DNA of 63,947 nucleotides, the filler included, from Octopus bimaculoides (Eukaryota): assembly GCF_001194135.2 (NCBI RefSeq). It is 8 parts of 6 records of this genome, joined end to end, with 100 filler letters (N's around TTAATTAATTAA, not from the genome) between each part and the next. Parts side by side here need not be neighbours in the genome. Positions count along the whole stretch, not along the records: positions 1 to 18,294 come from NC_069002.1; 7 more parts are not named here. One strand, written 5' to 3'. Made by a program: the position numbers and the translations under genes. The notes under the pieces were generated by a model. It saw only the letters and a program-made list of their open reading frames with translations, had not been told where the DNA came from and made no database searches. This document shows, piece after piece, positions 1-12,599 of the stretch (positions within the stretch are counted from its first letter, which is position 1; each line of letters opens with the position of its first letter).

Positions 1-1091
1 TATTAAAGCTTGACTGATTGTTATCTTGTATGATATGCAGTTGTAAAATTAATCAATGTTGAAAGCTCTATAAATGCAAGTCGGATAGAGAACAGAAAAA
101 GTGTGGTAAAAGTGTGGTGAATACTATGATAAGAGGAGGAAGAGGGAAAAGATTGATGAGTGAACGAGTGCAAAATATGGTGATGATGATGGTGAGGAAG
201 ATGATGATGATGGTGATGATGATGATAACCTATTTATTTTATTAGTTTATATTTCAATTCGCGATAGTTCATTACGTGTTATACATATGCTATGTGTGTG
301 CGTGAGCCTACGTGTATGTGTGCGTGTGTGTGTGCATGTGTGTCTATTTATTCGCAATAGGAGCATGTAGGTGTGTTTGCTTGCAATTATACTCGAAATT
401 GCAGAACGAAAATATATATAATATAATATGGTTGAATGGAAATAAATATGCTTCCGTTCCTATACACATTCAATTTCTGAACCTTCTACCTTCTCAGAAG
501 CTAAATCGGACTGAGCCAAAAATGTGTGGCTTTCATGTGTTCCCATCCAAAGTTTAATGTACTGTTTCGCACGTTTTCATTTTTCATCTTTAATAACCCC
601 GCATTCTTAACAAAAAACTGAGTTCCAGCAACTTTGAAATCTTCAACCTTTAACAAACACACATCAGAAAACCTAGGCAACCATCAGATCAACAAACTCA
701 TTAAGTACTTTACTACTTGAACTCAACACGTTTTCTCAATACCAAATAATTTATAACCACCTCTCTATGAATTGTGATTTGTTATTTCTATTTAACTTTG
801 CCTTGCCTGGTATCGAGTACTGCAGACAGCCAAAATATCAAAATGCATCTAGCAGTCCGCAGGGGGAGCTCAGAGCTGATTTTGTTTTTAACACTTTTTG
901 CCTAAAGCTGGAAGTTTTCTCTATGGCAGCCTACAAGGACAATGGCTCATTAAACTTGAAATATATGTTCCAAATATATTGTTAACTGATCTAAAGCAGT
1001 TGGTGTTTTGGTTACATATTGATGAGATAAATACAATGTGTCGACAAAATGAAAATGTGTCCAACAATGCTTCTAATAACACGATGTAATA

Positions 1092-1324
1092 TTGGTTTCA
1101 AATTCTGGCACACGGCCATCGGGTTTTGGGAGGGTGGTGGGGAAGACAATTACATCGATCCGCAGTATTTGACTGGTATTTATTTCATTGACCTTGGAAG
1201 AATGAATGGCAAATTTCAGTTGAACAAGATTTGAACTTAGAACGCAAAGATGGACGGATATGCCGCAGAGTATTCCGACGGGCATATGCTAACCATGCTA
1301 ACCATGCTACCAGCTGGCTGCCTT
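1092..1324 (-). mobile_element. tRNA-derived SINE, family C (diverged copy)
   Basis: Reverse complement matches the copies at 29790-30021 and 36322-36500: head ggcggcgagctggcaga, gagttcaaattccgccgaggtcgac, body gataaattaagtaccag...ggggtcgat. Confidence 0.85.
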
Positions 1325-1410
1325 TAGATGGAGTAATATTAATATAATTTAGAATGTGTTATGCAGTTTTGGAACTAAATGCGTATGAAATTTTCAGATT
1401 GTTTTAACAG

Positions 1411-1820
1411 AGGAGAACAACGTTCCCGAGCTAAACTCTGTATCCCAGTACGGATCATTTAGCTGGTATTTTCCTGACAACGTTCTGACTGGGGCTTATG
1501 GATTCTTTTTCCAAATACCTGTCCTGAAAGTGTTACCGGGAGGTCTGTCGGTGCGAGACAACCTCTACATGCATGGAATCGCAATCATTGAGCTGTGTCC
1601 GAGATATGTACTGGGCGATCAAACTACTCAGAAAGCATTCATCCAGAGCCCAGGGGTTCTTGATTTTCAAGTGCGCCGTGAAGATTACCCCACTGTCTTC
1701 TTTTGTCCAGGAATGGAAGTCAATTTTACTCTGCCTCAAGGTTGTACAGAAAGAACTATTGTGACGGACGAGGATGAAAGCAACTATGATTCTTTCCTCT
1801 TCGAGCAAATCTTCCCCTAA
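1411..1820 (+). CDS. Candidate terminal coding exon of an unidentified protein (~136 aa)
   Basis: Stop-free frame from 1389 to TAA at 1818-1820, preceded by acceptors ttttcag (1397) and ttttaacag (1410). It is high-complexity and GC-richer than its flanks. Translation: EENNVPELNSVSQYGSFSWYFPDNVLTGAYGFFFQIPVLKVLPGGLSVRDNLYMHGIAIIELCPRYVLGDQTTQKAFIQSPGVLDFQVRREDYPTVFFCPGMEVNFTLPQGCTERTIVTDEDESNYDSFLFEQIFP*. No transposon motifs are seen. Confidence 0.6.
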
Positions 1821-1857
1821 ACCTCAGGCCATGTACTTTTAGTAGAAAGGGTTACCA

Positions 1858-2030
1858 CTATTATCATAATCATCATATAATACTACAAGAACAACAACAA
1901 CTACTACTACTGCTGCTTCTACTACTTCCGCTGCTGTTGCTGTAGCTACTGTCACTGCTGTTACTGCTGTTACTACTACTGTATATACTGCTCCTACTGC
2001 TTCACTTGCCAACGTTGATGTAGCAGTAGT
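1858..2030. repeat. Degenerate (ACT)n/(ACA)n/(GCT)n low-complexity tract
   Basis: Visible trinucleotide periodicity. Confidence 0.85.
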
Positions 2031-2799
2031 TGTTTTAATATTTTGAGTCAGTTCATTCAATTAGTTGGGTGCGTTCGAAAGATATACATTGCACAGTCGT
2101 CATNNNNNNNNNNNNNNNNNNNNNNNNNNNNNNNNNNNNNNNNNNNNNNNNNNNNNNNNNNNNNNNNNNNNNNNNNNNNNNNNNNNNNNNNNNNNNNNNN
2201 NNNNNNNNNNNNNNNNNNNNNNNNNNNNNNNNNNNNNNNNNNNNNNNNNNNNNNNNNNNNNNNNNNNNNNNNNNNNNNNNNNNNNNNNNNNNNNNNNNNN
2301 NNNNNNNNNNNNNNNNNNNNNNNNNNNNNNNNNNNNNNNNNNNNNNNNNNNNNNNNNNNNNNNNNNNNNNNNNNNNNNNNNNNNNNNNNNNNNNNNNNNN
2401 NNNNNNNNNNNNNNNNNNNNNNNNNNNNNNNNNNNNNNNNNNNNNNNNNNNNNNNNNNNNNNNNNNNNNNNNNNNNNNNNNNNNNNNNNNNNNNNNNNNN
2501 NNNNNNNNNNNNNNNNNNNNNNNNNNNNNNNNNNNNNNNNNNNNNNNNNNNNNNNNNNNNNNNNNNNNNNNNNNNNNNNNNNNNNNNNNNNNNNNNNNNN
2601 NNNNNNNNNNNNNNNNNNNNNNNNNNNNNNNNNNNNNNNNNNNNNNNNNNNNNNNNNNNNNNNNNNNNNNNNNNNNNNNNNNNNNNNNNNNNNNNNNNNN
2701 NNNNNNNNNNNNNNNNNNNNNNNNNNNNNNNNNNNNNNNNNNNNNNNNNNNNNNNNNNNNNNNNNNNNNNNNNNNNNNNNNNNNNNNNNNNCCCTGTGG

Positions 2800-2834
<35 letters not shown>

Positions 2835-2837
<3 letters not shown>

Positions 2838-3005
2838 CCGCAGGCGTGGCATTGTGGAGGTGCAGGCGTAATTGAGTGGTAAATATCCTGTTTCTTGACC
2901 ACTGTATGGCACCTTAGACAATTGTGTACAACTACGGCCTTGGGCTGACGAATCCCTTGTGAGTGTACTTGGGAGACGGAAACCGAAACGGAAGGAGCCC
3001 GTCGT
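2835..3005 (+). mobile_element. SINE family D, diverged 5' part
   Basis: Ends in gagacggaaaccgaaacggaaggagcccgtcg followed by microsatellite; this is the reverse complement of the 37800-37964 pattern. Confidence 0.7.
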
Positions 3006-3198
3006 ATAAATATATATGTGTGTGTATGTGTGTGTGCGTGTGTATGTGAGTGTGTATGTGTATGAATACATGTATACATATACATACATATGTATTTATA
3101 CACACACTTATAGTCAATTCAAATAAACGAATAAAAGCGGACAATATCATTACATGCACAAGAAATGCATTACGTTGATGCCCGATGAAAGGACACAG

Positions 3199-3231
3199 TT
3201 TGACGTTTCGAACATAGCTCTTCATCAGAAA
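3199..3231 (-). ncRNA. Minimal type I hammerhead ribozyme motif (PLE-type), core intact
   Basis: Minus strand reads UUU-CUGAUGA-A-GAGC(UAU)GUUC-GAAA-CG-UC/AAA: stem I 3 bp, stem II 4 bp, palindromic ACGU stem III and a GUC site. Confidence 0.65.
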
Positions 3232-4195
3232 GGAGAAAGAGAAATACCTGAAGAAGGAAAAGAAATCGCCAACGGCACGTGTGTAGCTTACATATTGATA
3301 TCTATGTGTCTTTTCATAAATACCAGTAAATGCATGTGCGTGTGTGTGTGTGTGCCATTATACACATATAAATATATGAATATAAAAATACATGAAGCTG
3401 CCGCCATGCATCCCGGCCTAGTCATGCGCAATCACAGAGTGGAGCAGTAAATATCCTTTGTCTGTTCACCTCTAATAAAAAGTGTATCAAGTCATTGGTG
3501 ACACAATAAATTGTTTTTGAACAGACAGTCACAGATTTCGCCTTAGCATGAGGCTTAATGTGTGTACACGCATCTGACGACGCTCAATTAGCCTGAAATG
3601 CACACATACTCACGAGCCGCCAATGGGGTGATAAATCTTTGCCTTCGAAATATGTATTGTGTTTTACAATACATATCTTGTATCAACTTCTAGAGCAGTA
3701 AACTTATTTTACAAGATGGATTTAAATTAAGTATATTGCTGTAATGTCAATAATAAAAATCGTTATTAGAATAAAAGATTAACAATTTTCTATTTTCTTT
3801 CGTCTGAAACTAAAATACAAAAGCAAACAATTGTTAACCGCCATTTCCTCAATGTTGCAGATATCTATAAACTGTAGATTTATCCAGGGGTCATTTCTCA
3901 GTAATTTATATTTACTTAACTTCTGTTTTTTAACATATGAAACAACTTTAAATATAAAATCATACCTTAGGGTTAAATTTATATGAAGACATAAATTCCA
4001 TCCAGTCGTACAATCTCATTCATATCAAAATATCTATTCAAGACTGAATCCCAGTCTCAATTTATTTGGAATCTTAGAGTTATTACATTAAATATCTGCT
4101 ATACAGCCTAGAGTATAATATACACTTAACGCAAGTACTTCAATGGAGCTACTGTAGATATTGAACAATTTATGCCACTTATCTTATCGTTGCAG

Positions 4196-4278
4196 AACAA
4201 AAGGGACGTGATTATGAGCCACTAAAACCACAGGCCAATATTTATGCAAAGCCGTCATATTTAAACAACCTTTATTAA
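4196..4278 (+). CDS. Possible short terminal exon with Tyr motifs
   Basis: Acceptor cttatcttatcgttgcag, then phase-1 xQKGRDYEPLKPQANIYAKPSYLNNLY*. Short, so it could be chance. Confidence 0.3.
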
Positions 4279-5012
4279 GTGTTAACTTCCTCTTGATCGT
4301 TAGAGAAATGTATCCAATACGATAATTAGTTTATTGACTTATAATATTGGTGATGATACTTAGCAACTCTCTCAAAATACAGCTGTAATACTTGCTCCAA
4401 AATATAAACTTCGAACATTAAAAGACCATTAAGTATGATGCATCATCTATTCCAAAATTCGTAGATTCATTCTTATTCCACTATATATATGGAAAAAAGA
4501 CGAAGTAGAAAATGCTAAAATACTTTTATAAAGAACATTACAGAACCGGTTTCGATCCTTGAGATCTTTTCAACAGTAAATATGAATAATAAAATTTTGA
4601 AAAATTATTGCAAAATTAAATTTTGGTAAATTTAAAAGAAAAGTCTTTTGAAAGACATATTTGTATAGTATTCAAATAACAGGGGCATTTTTCTTGTTTC
4701 TGCCTGTCTCTGTTTCACTTGTTAACTCTTGTGGGTTCTTTACTCTAAATTNNNNNNNNNNNNNNNNNNNNNNNNNNNNNNNNNNNNNNNNNNNNNNNNN
4801 NNNNNNNNNNNNNNNNNNNNNNNNNNNNNNNNNNNNNNNNNNNNNNNNNNNNNNNNNNNNNNNNNNNNNNNNNNNNNNNNNNNNNNNNNNNNNNNNNNNN
4901 NNNNNNNNNNNNNNNNNNNNNNNNNNNNNNNNNNNNNNNNNNNNNNNNNNNNNNNNNNNNNNNNNNNNNNNNNNNNNNNNNNNNNNNNNNNNNNNNNNNN
5001 NNNNNNNNNNNN

Positions 5013-5043
<31 letters not shown>

Positions 5044-5775
5044 TATATATATATAATTTAGAGAAAAGAATCAAAGTTCATGAACACATCCATGAAAATC
5101 CACAGTCACATATAGAAAAAAAACCTCATCATACAATATGAAAATGGAAAACCACGTTCACTGGAGAAATACCACAAGGAAAATACAATTCCTAGGCTTC
5201 ATTGCTGTCGTTTACATTCTCGCCTCCACAGATTTTCACAAGCATCAGATGTTCACTTATATTTTTACCTTTAGACAAACTTCAGAAACCGGGACATGTG
5301 GAAACGGCTTTTAGTTATGTTTCTCTTCTAAAGGACGTGTGATTTTTTCTTGCCTAGTTGCATGAACAAACTGGTTGCGAGTTTAGAAAATGTTACTGGA
5401 AACAATGACGATTATATTTTCAATGATAATATGCACTTATACTTACGAAACATTTTACGCGATTCGAACTCATTTCATGAAATGCAACGACGGTTAATTA
5501 CAAATTTCCAAGTTGACTATTTGTTTCGCCTCACCTCGTTATTTTCTCTATCAATCAGGTATTGACAATGCAAACATGACCACCAACATCATGAAACTCT
5601 CCACTCCCAAAGCTACTAAAAGTATTACAAAAAAACAAACAAACAAAAACAAAATAAACATTACTCTATTACATTTACATCAGTACAAAACAATACTATT
5701 CTCTGAATGTTGTTTATTTCATTTACCCTGTTGTACTGCCTTATATATATATATCTCTGTAAGCATATACATATC

Positions 5776-5813
<38 letters not shown>

Positions 5814-6949
5814 NNNNNNNNNNNNNNNNNNNNNNNNNNNNNNNNNNNNNNNNNNNNNNNNNNNNNNNNNNNNNNNNNNNNNNNNNNNNNNNNNNNNNNN
5901 NNNNNNNNNNNNNNNNNNNNNNNNNNNNNNNNNNNNNNNNNNNNNNNNNNNNNNNNNNNNNNNNNNNNNNNNNNNNNNNNNNNNNNNNNNNNNNNNNNNN
6001 NNNNNNNNNNNNNNNNNNNNNNNNNNNNNNNNNNNNNNNNNNNNNNNNNNNNNNNNNNNNNNNNNNNNNNNNNNNNNNNNNNNNNNNNNNNNNNNNNNNN
6101 NNNNNNNNNNNNNNNNNNNNNNNNNNNNNNNNNNNNNNNNNNNNNNNNNNNNNNNNNNNNNNNNNNNNNNNNNNNNNNNNNNNNNNNNNNNNNNNNNNNN
6201 NNNNNNNNNNNNNNNNNNNNNNNNNNNNNNNNNNNNNNNNNNNNNNNNNNNNNNNNNNNNNNNNNNNNNNNNNNNNNNNNNNNNNNNNNNNNNNNNNNNN
6301 NNNNNNNNNNNNNNNNNNNNNNNNNNNNNNNNNNNNNNNNNNNNNNNNNNNNNNNNNNNNNNNNNNNNNNNNNNNNNNNNNNNNNNNNNNNNNNNNNNNN
6401 NNNNNNNNNNNNNNNNNNNNNNNNNNNNNNNNNNNNNNNNNNNNNNNNNNNNNNNNNNNNNNAAAAAAAAAAAAAAAAAACAACTGCCTCGAAAAACCAT
6501 TTTCAGGATTTTCGATTACGTTTTATTATTTTCTATTGTTTTGTTACATTCATAAAAACCACTTGAACTGAAGAATTTTACCAAACGGTACTGAAGTTTC
6601 GTGTTTTAGACTTCAGCGATTTTAAAACTTTCCAATCTATTGAGAGTTGATCTAAGAGGAATTTACTCTCGCTACGCTTTAATGGTCACAGAGAAATAGG
6701 TGCACCAATTAGCAAGGGAGCAAGGATAAAATTCCTGATTAAGTCATTACATGAACTAATTCTACTACATCGTTGGCGTTCATGATGTTATTTTTGCTCT
6801 TCTTCTTCGTGATGATGGCATTTCTGTATTGTTGTTGTTGGTGTTGGTGGTGGTGTGCGATTAGAAGCGATTGTGCTGTTGATGTTGTAGTAATAGCATT
6901 AGTAGTATGTGTAATGCTGCTCTTGGTGTTAGTACTAGTATTATATGTC

Positions 6950-7135
6950 GTTCTATATTTAACAGATGAGGAATTATGTACATTATTTACATTATTTACA
7001 TTATTTACATTATTTATATTTGTCTTCATCTTGTTTGTTGCTAACACAACATTTCAGCTGATATACCCTCCAGCCTTTTTCCGGTGTCTTGGGGAAATGT
7101 CGAACCTGGATTCTCATTATTAAGGTATTTTCGAT
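6950..7135 (-). mobile_element. 3' half of SINE family G with decayed hammerhead
   Basis: Near-colinear with 58465-58650 (ggaatgagaacccaggttcg...cagccgaaac...gaggacaaat...(atgtaaata)n...ctcatc). The core CUGAUGA has decayed to CGGAAAA. Confidence 0.8.
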
Positions 7136-7136
7136 G

Positions 7137-7139
<3 letters not shown>

Positions 7140-7201
<62 letters not shown>

Positions 7202-7840
7202 GTTATTATTGTTGTTATTATTATTATTGTTCAGTAGTTTTATTTTTATCACGTGCTTTCACTTCACTACCGAGCGCAGCTCTATGCCTTGGGTATGTGC
7301 TGTGGTTTGCTGTGATGCTCTTATGGTTACTGTATTGAAAGGGTTTTGCGTAGGCTGTGTGCAGTGCCCAGTAGTGCAATTTTCTGTATGTTATATATAT
7401 TTGTAAGTCCTGGTGTCCATATTTTATATGTATGTGTTGTTGCGTTTTCGTTTTTTGGATAGAGCACTGCTGTGAAATAAGCGTGTAGGATCGAAATGTA
7501 TTCCTCACGTGTCCAGTTATGCCGTTTTGGTTTTATTTGCGGGACATGAGGAACACCGTCCGGCCCTTTATTTTGACGGTCATCGTTTTCGTAGGGTACC
7601 GGTCCGTTCATTTCTGTTGTCAGATTGTTTTGCACGTTCAGATCTTCGTACTTTTTGCGTTACAAGCTTACAGTACGCACTTCTCGGTTGTTATTCTTGG
7701 GTGAAATAATACAGGTATTATTTAATCTGTTTGTAATTTCTTTGTACATAGTGTTTGGGTTCGGAGATGGTCTGGTGTACACTGTGACACTAAATTCCCG
7801 CCGGGCTTGTCTTTGCCTTTCATGTTTTCACGGTGGTTGA
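7140..7840 (-). mobile_element. R4/Dong-type RLE LINE, internally deleted derivative with (TAA)n tail
   Basis: Minus ORF joins an N-terminal motif (RHNWTREEYISILHAYF) directly to the C-terminus PGLTNIYNIQKIALLGTAHSLRKTLSIQ. The 3' UTR matches 24540-24740, and the (TTA)n tract is at 7140-7228. Confidence 0.75.
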
Positions 7841-9272
7841 AAAAATGTTCAAAACATATTCTGAGATTAATTTCTTCTGTTTCAATCACTCAGTTGTTAT
7901 TTGTTTCACTCACTCGATTTTTACCTAACATTTTAGCATGAAATTCGCTCCACGAATCTGATAACCACCGGTTTCACGAGTTTTGCATGTTGGCACTCTG
8001 AAAACACCAACAATTTATTGATGCTCTCACGGAAAGCAACGCTAACATTCTCGCGAAGATTAGTGATACACAACGACATAAAGAGAGAGACACACATTCA
8101 ATATTTATTTCATGTGAAATACAGTGATGGAAATGCATGTTATTTAAAACGAGAAGCTCCTTCTAACATTTTGCTGTTGTTGATTGAGAACAATTTTTTT
8201 AGTAAAAGATGAGTTTCCGCTGGTTATATGCGCATCGAAAAAGCTTTTTTCAGTTTCAAAACTGCATGTCTGCAAATATTTTTGGCTATGTTACTTGTAC
8301 ATTATGTGTGGAAGTACACATATGCAAGGATTAGACGCTATATCTTCGAGCTCATCGTTCAACTTTGTAAAAGTCGTTCCTAAATCATTCTAGGATCATT
8401 GACTTTAAGCTGTGGCTAAACATTCCATATTAACTTCATTACAATGGAGTTGCTGTGTACAGACGATAAAATATTCAATGTCCGAATTGTTTGAGGTGTC
8501 AGAACAAAACAGGAGCAATTTAGAGCTAACAACGAATACGCCGGTCACATCGTTTTCTAAACATAAGGCTATGTTAGAAAAAGATATTTACCCTAGATAA
8601 ATTATTCCTAATTATATGATGTAATCTGGTAATATCTTGATTATCGATTTGCCCTTTCAGAACTGACGCTGCAGTAAAGAAGAGACGGGTTTATTGATCT
8701 AGAACAACAATATATGTATTTACCACAAAACGAAGGAGGATTTGCTCCTAGATAATCTTCATTGGAGTTAAAAGATATAAAGGGCTAGAAGTGTAAAGTC
8801 AAGTCTTCTATATCAAGACGATAATAACTGGTTTCTATCTACACAGCTATAAATCGTGGCATGTGATGGTGAATCCGAAAAGATTTCTAACACGGTTAGA
8901 ATGTTATGTATTATAGAAACCCAATGTAGTCTTTCAAAGATCAAATCTAGTTCGTTAATGGTATTGCATGTAATTGATCCATGGGATGAGCAAAAACAAT
9001 ATAACCTTGAAGGAAATTGAACTGAGATTGTAATGAGATTCGGTCTGTTGAAATACGACGATTTTCTGATTCAGCAACACATACTAGAAAAAAGAACATA
9101 CAAGGAATGATGAAATATTCCAGAGGGAATATATTGACTAATATAAACTCTTTTTAATTACAAATCAAATGAAAGAAATTTTTTTGTTATTCCCTCAATA
9201 CATAGTTACATATATACATACAGACATTCATCCGCACATACATAGTTAATTGTACATGTATGTATGTACGTT

Positions 9273-9327
<55 letters not shown>

Positions 9328-9366
9328 GTCTGTCTATATATCTATCTATCTATTTATTAAGATAAT

Positions 9367-9402
<36 letters not shown>

Positions 9403-10063
9403 GAATTTATGTATGGGGGCAGGTATGTATACAGTAAAAGGGAGCGAAATGGAGGCGAGAGAGTAATTTCCAATTACGTATATAGCTTAAATGAAAATTT
9501 TACACCATGATTAATTAAGACGGGTAAATATTTCCGTAGAGAGGGTTGTTGACACAAATTTTTGTTTATCAATGTAAATAATGTGGATGTAAAACTTGTT
9601 ATGGGATGTGATATGAGGCGAGCAATCGATGATGTGATATGTGGGTGGTGCGAACGGGCAAAATCTTTTAAATGGTAAATAAAAGAGGAAAAGTATCTCC
9701 AATCATTGTTAGTTGATTTAAAAAAGTATCTCTATTAGTTTTGTTGTTTCTATAATTAAAGTCCGAAACAAAATAAACATACGCATATAATACAAAAATA
9801 TATGTACACACACATACAAACACATATATACACACACACACAAACTAACACACACACACACACACACACACTCAATTCTATAGAGGGAGACCCACATGAA
9901 AAAGCATAGAATGCAAATAAGAAAATCGTCCAAATATATACCTTTCATACAATCGTCGGGGGAATGGAGTTAAATCGTAATTTCTTTCTATTGAAGATGA
10001 AAAGGTGTAAGCAGTATACATAACATTAAATAAACGATGTTCTGATGCAGACATATATATGTC

Positions 10064-10142
<79 letters not shown>

Positions 10143-10244
10143 TGTGTGTGTGTGTGTGTCTTTGTTTGTGTCTGCGTGTGTTTGTGCATGTGTGTGTATG
10201 TATATCTGGGTGTTCCTTGCTTCTCTGACGGCATTTATGTGGTT

Positions 10245-10306
<62 letters not shown>

Positions 10307-10382
10307 AAACAGGACAGAAAGCGTTGAGGCAAGGCAAACATCTCCATTCCTGTACATTATTATTATTGGAAGAGGATTCGAA

Positions 10383-10960
10383 GTCTTACACCTGTTTCTG
10401 GGATATCCCAGCCTATGGGATATTCCGTCATCGGATACAAATAGGGAAAATGAGAATAATTAATGAAATGACGACATAAGGGACAGGAGTAAAGGAATAA
10501 GGAGATCAAGAAAGACAAGAAAAAGGAAGTATAAAAGTTCACAGCTCATGTTTCCGCCCTTGTAGAAATGATATAGTGTACAAAGATAGCCAAGAAGATA
10601 AGAAAGTGGAGGAGGATGTAAAGGATAATAACGTAAAAAAACACGACAAAATAAAAAAATAGAGAAAATGAAAGCAATTTAAAGAGAATGGTAGGTGCCA
10701 GTGGTATTACTTTTGTCTGTATGGGTTGGGGAGGAAATCTAGTAGTAAATACTTGTGTCCATCCTAGCTAAGATGAGTGGGTGTAGAGGAATGGGGTAAT
10801 GGGTTTGTAGGTATTCGTGAATGGGGAGACTAGATGAATGTTAAATCATTTCGGAGTAGGAGTTAGAATGAAATATTAGTGGATTTATTAGGTTATGGCT
10901 TAAAAATAAAGAGTTAATATGTATCTTATAAAGTGATGAGGTAAGTGTGAGCTAAACATA
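10383..10960 (-). mobile_element. Decayed PLE-like 3' end with hammerhead relic at 10383-10438
   Basis: Minus strand ttgtat-CCGATGA-c-ggaatatccca(taggc)tgggatatcc-ca-GAAA-caggtg-TA-agactt is the same family as 63704-63779. The extent of the upstream part is uncertain. Confidence 0.5.
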
Positions 10961-11178
10961 CATATTTTGTATACATTTACATATATATGCATAATATATA
11001 AATATATACATGTATATGTATATATATATACATATACATATACGTATGTATATATATATGTATTTATGTATATATATATTTATATATGTATATATGCATA
11101 TATATGTATTTATATATGTATATATTTATATATATATTTAACTCGTATATAAGTGTGTATATATATAATTACAATACC

Positions 11179-11214
<36 letters not shown>

Positions 11215-11461
11215 NNNNNNNNNNNNNNNNNNNNNNNNNNNNNNNNNNNNNNNNNNNNNNNNNNNNNNNNNNNNNNNNNNNNNNNNNNNNNNNNNNNNNN
11301 NNNNNNNNNNNNNNNNNNNNNNNNNNNNNNNNNNNNNNNNNNNNNNNNNNNNNNNNNNNNNNNNNNNNNNNNNNNNNNNNNNNNNNNNNNNNNNNNNNNN
11401 NNNNNNNNNNNNNNNNNNNNNNNNNNNNNNNNNNNNNNNNNNNNNNNNNNNNNNNNNNNNN

Positions 11462-11501
<40 letters not shown>

Positions 11502-11639
11502 CGAAGAAGAAGAACGAAAATGCTACTTTTTAAAAAATTAACTACGTTTAAATTTCTTTACATAAATACATTAAAAAATGCGTTTGCATAACATAGATAA
11601 ATTAAGAAATGGAGTCAAACGCAGGTGTTTTTCACATCA

Positions 11640-12090
11640 TTTATACTTCCAACATGTTTCGAAGAAAGAATTGCGATTATTTCAGAGAGAATAAAAATGA
11701 TGTAAAACAATGCAGTCATCTCATCAGGGAAAGAAAGAGAGACAGAATACATCAATAAACCGTTTAAAGAACGCATTTATCGTTGTAAACATTGGCAAAA
11801 TGATACCTGTAGTTTCTATAAGTAATTTCTACCAATCTATAAGATTTGACCTTTAACTGTCTTCTTCCGTTTCATTTCTTCTACATACATCTATTTCCAA
11901 GCCTTTAAGCTTTATTCCCATTCATCTATCACGCTATATTTCTCCACTCTTCTAATATTGAGATGGATGGAATCATAATAGAGTTAAATGTGATGTCTCT
12001 TATCTGAAAATATTGGTACATCCATGGGATAGTTGAACTGAATTTTAAAGCGCGAAAAAAGAACGATGCCAGTGTATAGCTTTGTTACAT
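11640..12090 (+). pseudogene. Degenerate PLE GIY-YIG endonuclease relic
   Basis: Broken frames give ETEYINKPFKERIYRCKH and LSRYI, resembling the PLE YIG..F.ER..H and LSRYIW motifs. Confidence 0.4.
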
Positions 12091-12105
12091 TACATAATAT
12101 GTGGC

Positions 12106-12174
<69 letters not shown>

Positions 12175-12599
12175 CCACACACACGCACACACACACACTC
12201 GAACACACACGCACACACGCTCTCACACACACACACACACGCACACACACACATATATAAAGCCTTAGACAACCATCATTTTCTCGGCGGTACATTATGA
12301 ATCAACTTTGGAAAGACTTGCGAGATTTAAACGAAGCAACAGAAAAAAAAAACTGATAACAACTAAGTCAGTATTGTACACCGTTCTCTTGGAAATGGTT
12401 GACACTGATATACGCATCTGAATCTGCGCTGATACTCTATGTGAAAGAGGGAATGCATGAGATTGCAGACACTACAATAAAATTAAATGTTACAGAGAAA
12501 ATATGACAAAATATTTCCAGTCCGTCTTGACCTTTGCTCTTTTGCAATCTGTATTGCATTCTTGCAGTTTCATGGAACTAATTGGTTAATGAACACATT

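Noticed and set aside
856-870. CTCF-like motif (TCCGCAGGGGGAGC), and another at 20016-20030 (reverse TAGATGGCGCCAGTG)
   Set aside because: Partial matches only; expected by chance without ChIP or conservation data.
8000-9150. High-complexity stretch that might be coding
   Set aside because: All frames are repeatedly interrupted and no motif is recognised. Likely an ancient TE, unsupported.
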